Shown here: positions 1 through 9,672 of the stretch, one piece after another | How positions within the stretch are numbered: the stretch's first letter is position 1 | How the letters are laid out: every line of letters begins with the position of its first letter | Origin: an uncultured Gemmatimonadales bacterium | GTDB lineage: Bacteria > Gemmatimonadota > Gemmatimonadetes > Longimicrobiales > RSA9 | Assembly (NCBI GenBank): GCA_963783305.1 | Contig: CAWAMW010000016.1 | Location: 512,001-576,000, forward strand | Direction: 5' to 3' | DNA length: 64,000 nucleotides | Notes under the pieces: generated by a model | The model's database searches: none | What the model saw: the letters and a program-made list of their open reading frames with translations, nothing else | What the model was told of the DNA's origin: nothing | Made by a program: the position numbers and the translations under genes

Positions 1-28
1 GGCTCGGATGACGTTCCGCGAAGGGGAT

Positions 29-58
29 TTGTTCGCTGGCCGCGCTCGGCCCTATATT
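29..58 (+). promoter_or_regulatory. Putative sigma70 promoter of acs
   Basis: TTGTTC-N18-TATATT upstream of acs. Confidence 0.45.
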
Positions 59-123
59 GCGAATCCTTCCTACCTTTAAGGAACCGAAAACCAAAGATCC
101 CCAACCCCCCAGGAGGCTGCCTC

Positions 124-2070
124 ATGCCCATTGATGAACGCGCGCTGGAAGCACTGCTCGAGGAGTCCCGGACGTTTGAGCCTTCCGAGGAGTTCCGGCG
201 GGAGGCCGTGGCGAACGATCCGGACATCTACGAGCGTGCGGCGGCGGATCCGGAGGCATTCTGGGCGGGGTGGGCGGAGAAGCTGGAGTGGTTCGAGAAG
301 TGGGACCGCGTGCTGGAATGGGACGCGCCCCATGCACAGTGGTTCGTGGGCGGGAAGCTGAACGCCGCGCACAACTGCCTGGACCGTCACATCCGGGGGC
401 CGAACCGGAACAAGGCGGCACTGGTGTGGGAGGGGGAGCCGGGCGACCAGCGGACGCTGACGTACTGGGACCTGCACCGTGAAGTGGGCAAGTTTGCGAA
501 CGTGCTGAAGGGCCTGGGGGTGGGGAAAGGGGACCGGGTAGCGATCTACCTGCCGATGATCCCGGAAGCGGCCATTGCCATGCTGGCGTGCGCCCGGCTC
601 GGCGCGGTTCATTCCGTGGTGTTCGGCGGCTTCAGCGCCGACAGTCTCCGGGACCGCATCATCGACGCGGAGGCGAAGGTGCTGGTCACGGCCGATGGGG
701 GGTACCGCCGGGGCCGGGTGGTGCCGCTCAAGGACACCGCGGACAAGGCACTGCCGGAAACCCCCTCCATCGAGCACGTCGTGGTCGTGCGCCGCCGGCT
801 GATCGCGCAGGACTCACAGGTCCACATGAAGAGCGGCCGGGACCACTGGTACCACCAGCTCATGCAGGAGGCCTCTGCCGAGTGCCCCGCAGAGCCCATG
901 GACGCAGAGGACGTCCTGTTCATCCTCTACACCTCCGGCACCACCGGGCAGCCCAAGGGCGTGGTGCACACCACGGGCGGCTATATGACCCACGTCATGG
1001 CCACCAGCAAGCTCGTCTTCGACCTCAAGGACGATGACATGTACTGGTGCACCGCCGACGTGGGATGGATCACCGGCCACTCCTACATCCTCTACGGACC
1101 TCTGGCCAACGGGGCCACGGTGTTCATGTACGAGGGCGCACCCGACACCCCCGACCGCGGGCGGATGTGGAAGCTGGTGCAGAAGTACGGTGTGACGATC
1201 TTCTACACGGCGCCCACCGCGATCCGCGCGTTCATGCGGTGGGGCGGCGAGTGGCCCGAGGGGTACGATCTGTCGTCCCTGCGGCTCCTGGGAACGGTGG
1301 GGGAGCCCATCAACCCCGAGGCGTGGATGTGGTACCGGGAGCATATCGGCCGCTCGGAGCTGCCCATCGTCGACACGTGGTGGCAGACGGAGACGGGCGG
1401 GATCATGATTACGCCGCTCCCCGGGATCACGAAGACCAAGCCGGGAAGCGCCACGGTGCCGTTCCCGGGCGTGAGCGCCGAGCTGCTGGACAACCACGGC
1501 GCTTCGGTCCGCGCCGGGTACCTGGCCATCACGAAGCCCTGGCCGGGAATGATCCGGACGATCTGGGGCGACGATGAAAGATTCCGCGAGACGTACTGGT
1601 CACGCTGGGATGATATCTACTTCCCGGGTGATGGCGCGAAGCGCGATGAGGACGGCTATTTCTGGATCCTGGGCCGGGTGGACGACGTGCTGAACGTGGC
1701 GGGCCATCGGATCGGTACCATGGAGGTGGAGAGCGCGCTTGTGGACCACAAGTCCGTGGCCGAGGCGGCCGTGGTGGGGAAGGCGGACGAGCTCAAGGGG
1801 CAGGCGATCGCCGCGTTCGTCACGCTCAAGGAGGGGATCAAGCCGACGGCAACGCTGAAGGAGGAGCTGCGGGAGCACGTCTCGGAGAAGATTGGCGCGA
1901 TCGCGAAGCCTTCCTCGATCATCTTCACGGCGGAGCTGCCTAAGACCCGCTCGGGGAAGATCATGCGGCGGTTGCTCCAGGACATTGCGGAAGGGCGCGC
2001 AGTGGGAGATACGACGACGCTGGCGGACCCGTCCGTGGTGGAGATGCTCCAGAACCAGTACATCGAGTAG
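124..2070 (+). CDS. acs: Acetyl-CoA synthetase (AMP-forming)
   Basis: Motifs [53 protein letters not shown] upstream. Confidence 0.97.
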   Translation: MPIDERALEALLEESRTFEPSEEFRREAVANDPDIYERAAADPEAFWAGWAEKLEWFEKWDRVLEWDAPHAQWFVGGKLNAAHNCLDRHIRGPNRNKAALVWEGEPGDQRTLTYWDLHREVGKFANVLKGLGVGKGDRVAIYLPMIPEAAIAMLACARLGAVHSVVFGGFSADSLRDRIIDAEAKVLVTADGGYRRGRVVPLKDTADKALPETPSIEHVVVVRRRLIAQDSQVHMKSGRDHWYHQLMQEASAECPAEPMDAEDVLFILYTSGTTGQPKGVVHTTGGYMTHVMATSKLVFDLKDDDMYWCTADVGWITGHSYILYGPLANGATVFMYEGAPDTPDRGRMWKLVQKYGVTIFYTAPTAIRAFMRWGGEWPEGYDLSSLRLLGTVGEPINPEAWMWYREHIGRSELPIVDTWWQTETGGIMITPLPGITKTKPGSATVPFPGVSAELLDNHGASVRAGYLAITKPWPGMIRTIWGDDERFRETYWSRWDDIYFPGDGAKRDEDGYFWILGRVDDVLNVAGHRIGTMEVESALVDHKSVAEAAVVGKADELKGQAIAAFVTLKEGIKPTATLKEELREHVSEKIGAIAKPSSIIFTAELPKTRSGKIMRRLLQDIAEGRAVGDTTTLADPSVVEMLQNQYIE

Positions 2071-2085
2071 CGGACACGGCCGGCC

Positions 2086-3021
2086 TCAGTCGGGGCGGGC
2101 GAGGGTTACGGCAAACCCGGGCCTCGCTTCGGCCCAGCGCTCGATGGCGAGGCCGGCGCGAGCCAGCATGGCCTCGACCGAGGACCGGGTGTATTTGCAG
2201 CTGTCCTCCGTGTGCAGCGACTCGCCCGCCCCGAACTCGAACGTGCCGGCTTCGGGTACCGTCACTCGCTGCGGGCTTCGGGCCACCAGGTGCATCTCGA
2301 TCCGGTCGCGCTCCTCATTGTAGAATGCGTGGTGACGGAACGCGGAGAGATCGAAATCGGCGCCCAGCTCGCGGTTCAGGACGCTCAGCATGTTCAGGTT
2401 GAACGCGGCGGTGACTCCGCGGGCGTCGTTGTACGCCGACTCCAGGACCTCCCGCTCCTTCTGAAGGTCTACGCCGAGGAGGAACCGGTCCCGCTCGTCC
2501 ATCTCGGCTCGGATCCGCTGGAGTTGCGCCACCCCCTCCGCGGCCGGGAAGTTGCCGATGGTGCCGCCGAGGAGGGCGAACAGCGCCGGGCGGGGCAGGT
2601 CCCGCGGCACGCTGAATCCCACGGTCATGTCGGCGACCACCGGCCTGACCTCCAGCGTCGGGTACGTTTCCCGGAGCTGCGCGGCCACCCCCTCGAGGAA
2701 CTCGCCACTGATGTCGATGGGTACGTAGGTCGGGGTGCCCACCGTCTCGTCCATGGCGTCGAGGAGCGTGGTGGTTTTATCCGCGGCCCCCGCGCCGAGC
2801 TCCACCAGAGACGCCGCGCGGAGCGCCCTGATCCAGTCCGTTACGTGATCGTGCAGCAGCAGCCGCTCCGTGCGCGTGGGATAGTACTCCGGCTGGCGGG
2901 TGATCTCTTCGAACAGCTCCGACCCGCGGCGGTCGTAGAAGAACTTGGGCGACAACCGCTTCTGCGGACGAGAAAGCCCCTCCGCCACCTCCCGCAGCAT
3001 CCTGCGGTCGGGATCAGCCAT
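2086..3021 (-). CDS. egtD: L-histidine N-alpha-methyltransferase (hercynine synthase)
   Basis: LSPKFFYDRRGSELFEEIT, PEYYPTRTE, ELGAG, AYNDARGVTAAFNLN, TEDSCKY; start moved to ATG 3021, overlapping upstream stop. Confidence 0.92.
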   Translation of the reverse strand: MADPDRRMLREVAEGLSRPQKRLSPKFFYDRRGSELFEEITRQPEYYPTRTERLLLHDHVTDWIRALRAASLVELGAGAADKTTTLLDAMDETVGTPTYVPIDISGEFLEGVAAQLRETYPTLEVRPVVADMTVGFSVPRDLPRPALFALLGGTIGNFPAAEGVAQLQRIRAEMDERDRFLLGVDLQKEREVLESAYNDARGVTAAFNLNMLSVLNRELGADFDLSAFRHHAFYNEERDRIEMHLVARSPQRVTVPEAGTFEFGAGESLHTEDSCKYTRSSVEAMLARAGLAIERWAEARPGFAVTLARPD

Positions 3022-3847
3022 GAGGGCCGTCCGTGAGCGGGTCGACGGTGCGGGGTGAGTCGGGGCGCTTCGCTTTCTTCGGCTTCGCCAGCTTGGGCGA
3101 GGCGGGGATGCCCAGCGCCACCTTTCCGCTCTCGACATCCCGCGTGGCCACGGCCATGGAGCCGAGCATGGCGTCCTCCTCGAGGTGCACGCCTCCGAGC
3201 ACGGTGGCGTGGTAGGTCACCCGGACGTCATCGCCAATGACGGTCGGCGTGCAATCGATCAGGCGGCCATCGGCGAGGGATTGGCTGTGGCTGAAAATGT
3301 TGACGAAGTCGGAGATGATGACGCGGCTCCCGATCCGGAGCCTGCCGCGGTCGTCCAGAAGGACGTTCCGGTGCACCACCACGTCGTCTCCCACCTCCAG
3401 GTTGTACCCGAAGCTGAACTTCACCTGGTGGAAGGCTTTGAAGTTCCGACCAACGGCGCCGAAGCAGTGTCGGGCCAGGACACGTCGGAGCGGCACCCCG
3501 AGCGCCACGTTGTGGCCCAGCGGGCTCCTGTCGAACATTTCCCAGAGCCACTGGAGCGGCTTGATGCGGGCGTACCGCTCAGTGTCGATCTCCGCGTAGT
3601 ACTCGGGCTCGAGGGTGACGTTGCGCGGATCCATCTGGAGCAGCGCCATCCGCAGGGCCGGGGACAGCTCGGCCGGGTCCGCGCTCGCGTACGCGGGATA
3701 GTAGAGTTGGGTCAGTACCTCACGCGTGAGGGCGCTGCGGTCCACGCCGTCATCCGACAGCCGGTCGTCCAACTCACCGGCCCAACGTCCATACTCCTTC
3801 GCTGTGGCCTCGGGAAGCGCAACCCGGCGCAGTGGCAGAAACTCCAT
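3014..3847 (-). CDS. Hexapeptide-repeat (left-handed beta-helix) acyltransferase
   Basis: VGDDVVVH, IGSRVIIS, TVIGDDVRV, GIPA repeats; start set at MEFLPL (3847). Confidence 0.8.
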   Translation of the reverse strand: MEFLPLRRVALPEATAKEYGRWAGELDDRLSDDGVDRSALTREVLTQLYYPAYASADPAELSPALRMALLQMDPRNVTLEPEYYAEIDTERYARIKPLQWLWEMFDRSPLGHNVALGVPLRRVLARHCFGAVGRNFKAFHQVKFSFGYNLEVGDDVVVHRNVLLDDRGRLRIGSRVIISDFVNIFSHSQSLADGRLIDCTPTVIGDDVRVTYHATVLGGVHLEEDAMLGSMAVATRDVESGKVALGIPASPKLAKPKKAKRPDSPRTVDPLTDGPHG

Positions 3848-4080
3848 CGAACCCCCGGAACGGAAACGACGCCCCGGCGGCATCGTGTTCCCGAAGCTGG
3901 CGGCAGGTCCGGGGACTGTCAATTGCCGGTTCGGCGCTCCGGGCGCGCCGCCGGCCGCTATCGTCAAGCCCCTGGCGGTCCGTCATCAGCGCGAGCGGTG
4001 CGCCCGCGGTGACGTAAGGACCGTGGCGCGGGGTCGTCCTCAGAGCGTCCAGTCGGCAGCAGGATTACATTGGTTGAGGA

Positions 4081-4107
4081 GGAAACTCCACGTCGTGCGG
4101 CTACGTA
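4081..4107 (+). promoter_or_regulatory. Putative ECF-sigma promoter
   Basis: GGAAAC-N17-CGTA(GG), same motif as in front of the ECF sigma gene. Confidence 0.65.
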
Positions 4108-4131
4108 GGTGGGAGGCAGAGAGGAGGGCGT

Positions 4132-4542
4132 ATGGAGGATGTGACGCGAAAGCGGATCATACGGATGCTGGAGCGGCTGCCGGAAGAGCAGCTGTATCAG
4201 GTCCTGGACTATATCGAGTTCATGGAGGTGAAGTATGCCCGTGAGACCGCGCGGAAGCCCGATGCGTTCCAGGAGTTTGCGGAGCGAGTGGAGGACCAGC
4301 TGCGCGTGCGGTCTCTGGCGCCCCGGGCGATGAAGGGTACCCTGCGGCTCATGAGCACGGCCGGGCGGGTCCTGGACGGGGTGCGGGACTTGGGGAAGGG
4401 GCTGAAGGAGCCGGCGGAGAATGGTCCGGGAGCGAAAACCACGGAAACGAAGGCGAGCGGCGGCGGAGGGGGGAAGGGCGACCCTGACCGGCGGTCTCAG
4501 CGGGGCGCAGAGGGGCCTTCGGGAAAGGGGGAGCCGGGGTGA
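4132..4542 (+). CDS. Hypothetical protein with DUF2281-like N-terminus
   Basis: LERLPEEQLYQVLDYIEFM resembles DUF2281; GAGGAGG RBS; low-complexity C-terminus. Confidence 0.65.
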   Translation: MEDVTRKRIIRMLERLPEEQLYQVLDYIEFMEVKYARETARKPDAFQEFAERVEDQLRVRSLAPRAMKGTLRLMSTAGRVLDGVRDLGKGLKEPAENGPGAKTTETKASGGGGGKGDPDRRSQRGAEGPSGKGEPG

Positions 4543-4552
4543 CGCGGTCGTC

Positions 4553-4582
4553 TTGACACCCTCGCGTGGGGTGCCGTAGGTT
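4553..4582 (+). promoter_or_regulatory. Putative sigma70 promoter of guaB
   Basis: TTGACA-N18-TAGGTT. Confidence 0.6.
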
Positions 4583-4682
4583 CCGCCATGGAACGAGGAA
4601 GTGGAGACAGGAACGCTGATACAACGCCCGCGGGGCCGACTCCGATCGGCTCGCGGGTGTCGTGCATCATGGGGGGATTTCG

Positions 4683-6149
4683 ATGACGGAATCGGGCGGG
4701 CGTATCCGGGGTGAAGGGCTGACATTCGACGATGTTCTGCTGGTGCCGCGCTACTCGCAGGTGCACCCACAGGACACGTCCGTGACGACGCAGCTGACGA
4801 AGGGAATCGAGCTGCGGATCCCGCTCGTTTCGGCCGCCATGGACACGGTGACCGAATCCCGGATGGCGATCGCCATTGCACGGGAGGGTGGGCTCGGGAT
4901 CGTGCACAAGAACATGCCGATCGACCGGCAGGCGGCGGAGGTGGACCGGGTCAAGCGGTCAGAGAGCGGGATGATCATGAACCCCATTACCCTCCGCCGG
5001 GACGGCCGCCTGTTGGATGCCATGGAGCTGATGGCGCAATTCTCCATCAGCGGTGTCCCGATCGTCGATGACGACAACCGGCTGGTGGGGATCATCACGA
5101 ACCGCGATCTACAGTTCGAGACGGACCTGGATCAGCCGATCCAGGACGTCATGACGCACGAGAACCTGGTGACGGCACCGGTGGGCACGTCGCTCAAGGA
5201 CGCGGAGCGGATCCTCCACCGCCACCGGATCGAGAAGCTGCCGGTGGTGGACGATCAGGGGTGCCTGCGAGGCCTGATCACGGTGAAGGACATATTCAAG
5301 CGTCGCAACTTCCCGAACGCCTGCAAGGATGAGCACGGGCGGCTGCGTGTGGGGGCGGCGATCGGTACCTCCCGGGCCGACCTCGATCGCGCCGGGGCGG
5401 TCCTCGACGCGGGGGTGGACCTCCTGGTCATCGACACGGCCCACGGACATTCCGAGGGGGTGCTGACGGCGCTGGCGCGTACGCGTGAGAAGTACCCGGA
5501 CGCGCAGCTGATGGCCGGCAACGTGGCGAGTGCCGGCGGCGCCCGGGCGCTGATCGAGCGCGGCGTGGACGCGGTGAAGGTCGGGGTCGGGCCGGGCAGC
5601 ATCTGCACGACGCGGGTTGTGACCGGCGTCGGCGTGCCCCAGCTCACGGCGATCATGGAGTCCGTGGCAGGGGCGGCCGGTGACGTTCCCGTGGTCGCCG
5701 ACGGTGGGATCCGGTACTCCGGGGACATCGTCAAGGCCATCGCCGCGGGGGCAAGCGCCGTGATGATGGGGTCGCTCCTGGCGGGAACCGAAGAGAGTCC
5801 GGGCGAGAGCTTCCTCCTCGAGGGCAGGCGCTACAAGACCGTTCGTGGAATGGGCTCCCTGTCCGCCATGGAGGAGGGATCGGCCGACCGCTATTTCCAG
5901 GAGGAGCGGGAGGCGCGGAAGTTTGTGCCGGAGGGGATCGAGGCCCGGGTCCCGTACAAGGGCTCGGCGTCGGATGTGATCTATCAGCTCGTGGGCGGTC
6001 TCCGAAGCGGCATGGGCTACTGCGGCTGTCCCGACATCGGCACCATGCAGACGGACGCGGAGTTCGTGAGGATCACGGGCGGTGGCCTGAGGGAGAGCCA
6101 TCCGCATGACGTGCAGATCACCCGCGAGGCCCCGAACTACCACCTGTAA
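4683..6149 (+). CDS. guaB: IMP dehydrogenase with CBS pair
   Basis: [30 protein letters not shown] (catalytic Cys), GMGS, ESHPHDV. Confidence 0.98.
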   Translation: MTESGGRIRGEGLTFDDVLLVPRYSQVHPQDTSVTTQLTKGIELRIPLVSAAMDTVTESRMAIAIAREGGLGIVHKNMPIDRQAAEVDRVKRSESGMIMNPITLRRDGRLLDAMELMAQFSISGVPIVDDDNRLVGIITNRDLQFETDLDQPIQDVMTHENLVTAPVGTSLKDAERILHRHRIEKLPVVDDQGCLRGLITVKDIFKRRNFPNACKDEHGRLRVGAAIGTSRADLDRAGAVLDAGVDLLVIDTAHGHSEGVLTALARTREKYPDAQLMAGNVASAGGARALIERGVDAVKVGVGPGSICTTRVVTGVGVPQLTAIMESVAGAAGDVPVVADGGIRYSGDIVKAIAAGASAVMMGSLLAGTEESPGESFLLEGRRYKTVRGMGSLSAMEEGSADRYFQEEREARKFVPEGIEARVPYKGSASDVIYQLVGGLRSGMGYCGCPDIGTMQTDAEFVRITGGGLRESHPHDVQITREAPNYHL

Positions 6150-6231
6150 GCGGCAACGCCGCGAACGGCGGGCCAGGCGTGCGGTTCGCCGCATCTCCCG
6201 GGTCAAAAGAGGCGTAGAGCCCGGCGTCATC

Positions 6232-6247
6232 GGGCACGTCTCTTGCT
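6232..6247 (+). promoter_or_regulatory. Putative sigma54 (-24/-12) promoter
   Basis: GGGCAC-GTCTC-TTGCT, i.e. GG-N10-GC, about 45 nt before the ATG at 6293. Confidence 0.65.
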
Positions 6248-6292
6248 CCCTTTTCCGGTACTCGTCGACACTTCCACTTCGACATACCGCTC

Positions 6293-7417
6293 ATGATCTC
6301 ACGTGACCAGATCCAAGCGCTGATAGAGCGTCCGGCCAATGGCGCCAACGTGCTGTCAGCGTTCCTTGACATGTCCGTGAACTCGGACAACAAGCGCACC
6401 TACCAGATCTTCCTGAACAAGGAGAAGGCGGGTTTCGCCGAGCTGGCCAGCGACCGGGAAGGCCACCACCGGGAGGAGGTGGGCGCCGCCTTCGCTCGGC
6501 TGGAAGACTGGCTCGATGCCAACTACGACGAATCCAAGAAGGGCGTTGCGTTCTTCACCTCGCTCGATGGTGATTGGGCCGAGGCGCACCAGCTCTCCGT
6601 GCCGGTGCCGAACCGGCTGACGTTGGGCGACCGTCCCATCGTAGGACCCCTCGTCGAGATCCTGGAGCGCTACCACCACCACGGGGTCGTCGTGGTGGAT
6701 CGCGAGCACCTCCGTCTCCTCAGCATGTTCCTGGATCAGACGCTCCACGAGCAGGCGGTCGAGACCGATCCGTACCCCACCGCCCACGACGTGAAGCGGG
6801 GTGGGTTCTCCGCCAAGGACTTCCAGGCGCGTAAGGAAGAAGAGACGCGGCACTTCTTCAAGGAATTCGCCACCGAACTGGAGGACTTCGTCCGACGGTA
6901 TCGACCCGACGACCTGATTATGCTCGGCACACCCGAGAACGTGAAGAAGTTTACGGACTTCGTGCCGTCGTCGATCCAGGAGATGATCGTGCACACCGAC
7001 CGCATTCAGGTCGATGCCACTGCGGCGGAAATCCGGCAGAAGCTGGCGCCGGTCTTCGAGCGCCAGCTCACCCAGGAAGAGGCGCAGGCGGTGGACCTGC
7101 TCCGCGATCGCGTAAAGGAGTCGCACATGGCGGTGTCGGGGCTCGACGATACGCTCGAGCAGCTCCAGGAGGGCAAGCTCCAGGTGCTCGTTATCGGACG
7201 CGGCCTCTCGGTGCGCGGCGGATCCTGCAGCAAGTGCGGCTTCGTGCTCGCCCGTACTTCCGGCGACTGCCCCTACTGCGGCGGGGCCGTCGAAAATTCG
7301 CTCGATCTCGGAGAGGAAATCGTCCGCATCGCCGAGGATAAGAGCGTCTCGATCGAGTTCGTGGAGCGATCGGCGGTCGAGGACCTCGGAGGCGTGGGAG
7401 GCCTGCTCCGCTTCTGA
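6293..7417 (+). CDS. Bacterial aeRF1/pelota-like (baeRF family) protein with Zn ribbon
   Basis: VVVVDRE strand, RGGFSAKDFQAR loop, LIMLG, GLDDTLEQLQEG, CSKC..CPYC, C-terminal GGVGGLLRF typical of eRF1 domain 3. Confidence 0.8.
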   Translation: MISRDQIQALIERPANGANVLSAFLDMSVNSDNKRTYQIFLNKEKAGFAELASDREGHHREEVGAAFARLEDWLDANYDESKKGVAFFTSLDGDWAEAHQLSVPVPNRLTLGDRPIVGPLVEILERYHHHGVVVVDREHLRLLSMFLDQTLHEQAVETDPYPTAHDVKRGGFSAKDFQARKEEETRHFFKEFATELEDFVRRYRPDDLIMLGTPENVKKFTDFVPSSIQEMIVHTDRIQVDATAAEIRQKLAPVFERQLTQEEAQAVDLLRDRVKESHMAVSGLDDTLEQLQEGKLQVLVIGRGLSVRGGSCSKCGFVLARTSGDCPYCGGAVENSLDLGEEIVRIAEDKSVSIEFVERSAVEDLGGVGGLLRF

Positions 7418-7445
7418 AGATCGTACGCTGTCGCCGGCAGTGAAC

Positions 7446-7489
7446 CGCTCCGTCCGCGTCCCACCCCGGGCCGCGGGCGGAGCGCTTTC
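7446..7489 (+). terminator. Probable intrinsic terminator
   Basis: 13-bp stem CGCTCCGTCCGCG/CGCGGGCGGAGCG (one G-U) followed by CTTTC. Confidence 0.55.
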
Positions 7490-7491
7490 GC

Positions 7492-7521
7492 TTGACCCTC
7501 CACCGCCACGTTTCCTATCTT
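7492..7521 (+). promoter_or_regulatory. Putative sigma70 promoter
   Basis: TTGACC-N18-TATCTT. Confidence 0.55.
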
Positions 7522-7569
7522 CCCTGCGACCCGACAGCCCTACCCTCGGCGTATAACCTGGAACTCGCC

Positions 7570-8196
7570 ATGGCGGCAGCATTCGACGCCAACGCTCGCA
7601 CCCATCTCCAGCAGGAGATCGGCAGGCTGGACGGCGTTCAGCACGCCAGCCTCGATCCTTCCTCGGGCACCCTGTGGATCGTACGGCACCCCGCCTACGA
7701 GCAGGGGCCCCTGGAGATCGCGGTCCGCAATCACATCGCCTCCCTCGGCCACGAACCGACCGAGGTGGACATCCAGCTCACAGCCCCGGTCTCCAGCGGC
7801 CCCCGCCGCCGCGTTCGCTTCGAGTCCGTCGAGCGCGTAGAGGAGCACGGGCGGGTGGTCGTCAAGGTGGCGCTCGAGTGGCAGGAAACAGTCCACATCG
7901 GCTCCGCCGTCGGGGAGGAGGGCCCCGCCATCGAGCTCAAGACCACCGCGCGCGCCGCCGTGAGCGCACTCGAACGCCTCACAGGGCAGAACCTGGACCT
8001 TCGCATCATCGGCGTGAAGCCCATCCGCGCCTTCGACTCCGACCTCATGGTCGCTTCCGTTATTCGCGACGGGGCCCGTCAGCAGCCACTCGTGGGTGCC
8101 GTCGTCGTGTCCTCCGGCCCGCTCGAGGCCGCCGCCCTCGCCGTCCTGAGCGCCCTCAACCGAATCCTCGGCAACACCCTCCACACGCCCGACTGA
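7570..8196 (+). CDS. Hypothetical protein, LeuA-allosteric-domain-like C-terminus (paralog of 31339..32049)
   Basis: Ends LVGAVVVSSGPLEAAALAVLSALNRIL; start set at ATG 7570 downstream of the promoter. Confidence 0.65.
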   Translation: MAAAFDANARTHLQQEIGRLDGVQHASLDPSSGTLWIVRHPAYEQGPLEIAVRNHIASLGHEPTEVDIQLTAPVSSGPRRRVRFESVERVEEHGRVVVKVALEWQETVHIGSAVGEEGPAIELKTTARAAVSALERLTGQNLDLRIIGVKPIRAFDSDLMVASVIRDGARQQPLVGAVVVSSGPLEAAALAVLSALNRILGNTLHTPD

Positions 8197-8325
8197 CTCC
8201 TCGCCCGCGGCGCCGCCGCCGCCCCTCCCGGGTCTTCCCGCCCGGCGCCGTCCGTCCGTGGAACATATGTTTTCCGGGCGCGTAACACCGCATGGACGGC
8301 TCTCTTTCTTCAGGCGAGGTTGCGC

Positions 8326-9666
8326 ATGCATCAGAAGACCGGCGTTGGGATTACGGCCGCGGCTCTGCTCGCGGTTGTGGCATGGACCACCGGGGATCGG
8401 AACATCCACACCGACCCGGCTCCCGTGGACCGGATACTGGACGCCGCGAATGAAAGCGTGGGCGCGCCGTCGGCGGTGGTGGGGAGCGCGGTTCGTTTTG
8501 CGGCGACGGCGCTGCGTCCCCGCACGGAGTGGGACCTCCCGAAGACGTACAACGACCGGGTCCAGTACTGGATCGACTACCTGTCCGGTCGGAACCGTGA
8601 CCGGATGCGGCTGTGGCTCGAGCGAGAAGGCCGCTACGGTCCGATGATCCGGGAGCGGCTGGTGCAGCGGGGTATGCCGGAGGACCTCGTCTACCTGGCG
8701 ATGATCGAGAGCGGGCTGTCGCCAAAGGCGTATTCTCACGCGGACGCTTCCGGCATGTGGCAGTTCATTTCGGAGACGGGGCAGCGATACGGGCTGGAGG
8801 TATCCCCGTTCGTGGACGAGCGGCGGGACCCGGTGCGGGCGACGGATGCGGCGCTGGACTACCTGTCGGAGCTGCATGAGCGGTTCGGCAGCTGGTATCT
8901 GGCGGCGGCGGCATACAATTCGGGGGAGAACCGGGTCGAGCGGGTTCTTCGGCAGCGGGTCAACGGACAGAAGGGGAGTGAGGCCCTGTTCTGGATGATC
9001 GACGACCACCTCCCCCGGGAGACGCGCGACTACGTGCCGCTCATGCTGGCGGCGGCGCACATCGGGAAGGACCCGGCGCGATACGGTTTCCATGAGATCG
9101 CACTGGAGGCGCCGCTGGAGTACGAGGAGGTGAAGGTGCCGGGTGGGGTGCCGCTCACGTCGATCGCAAAGTCAGCCGGGGCCGAGCTGGACGAGATCAC
9201 CGTGTTGAACGCTCACTACCTGCGAGGCATCACCCCGCCGGGTGACGAGCGAGTAGTGCGCGTGCCGACGGGCTCAGCCGAGCGTGTGCTGGATTCCCTC
9301 GATCGGATCGAGGAGGAGGGGAGGCTGAGCACGGTGGTGCACCGGGTCGGCAGGGGTGAGACTCTCAGCCATATCGCGCGTCGATACGGCGTGGACTCGG
9401 ACGCCTTGCAGGCTTCGAACGGCTACGTGAACCCGCGTCGCCTCCAGGTGGGACAGTTGATCCGTGTACCGGTGAACGGGAGCGTAGCGGCGGCGGCGGG
9501 GCAGAGCTCGCCCTCCGCGGCGAGCTGGCGAACCTATCGGGTTCGGCGCGGCGATTCCCTCTGGACGATCGCCCGCCGGCACGGGGTCAGCGTGTCGGAG
9601 CTGCGGCGCTGGAACCAGATCGGGACGCGGATCCACCCGGGACAGCAGATCCGGATCCAGGCCTGA
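8326..9666 (+). CDS. mltD: MltD-type lytic transglycosylase with two LysM domains
   Basis: LAMIESG, GMWQF, LAAAAYNSGE, ETRDYVP; LysM HRVGRGETLSHIARRYGV and YRVRRGDSLWTIARRHGV. Confidence 0.9.
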   Translation: MHQKTGVGITAAALLAVVAWTTGDRNIHTDPAPVDRILDAANESVGAPSAVVGSAVRFAATALRPRTEWDLPKTYNDRVQYWIDYLSGRNRDRMRLWLEREGRYGPMIRERLVQRGMPEDLVYLAMIESGLSPKAYSHADASGMWQFISETGQRYGLEVSPFVDERRDPVRATDAALDYLSELHERFGSWYLAAAAYNSGENRVERVLRQRVNGQKGSEALFWMIDDHLPRETRDYVPLMLAAAHIGKDPARYGFHEIALEAPLEYEEVKVPGGVPLTSIAKSAGAELDEITVLNAHYLRGITPPGDERVVRVPTGSAERVLDSLDRIEEEGRLSTVVHRVGRGETLSHIARRYGVDSDALQASNGYVNPRRLQVGQLIRVPVNGSVAAAAGQSSPSAASWRTYRVRRGDSLWTIARRHGVSVSELRRWNQIGTRIHPGQQIRIQA

Positions 9667-9672
9667 CGACCG

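Noticed and set aside
3862..3887. GGAAAC-N16-CGTG on the plus strand
   Set aside because: Different spacing and -10, and about 245 nt from the nearest plus-strand start, which already has a better site
4132..4542. Toxin-antitoxin module
   Set aside because: No adjacent toxin-like ORF; the next gene is guaB with its own promoter
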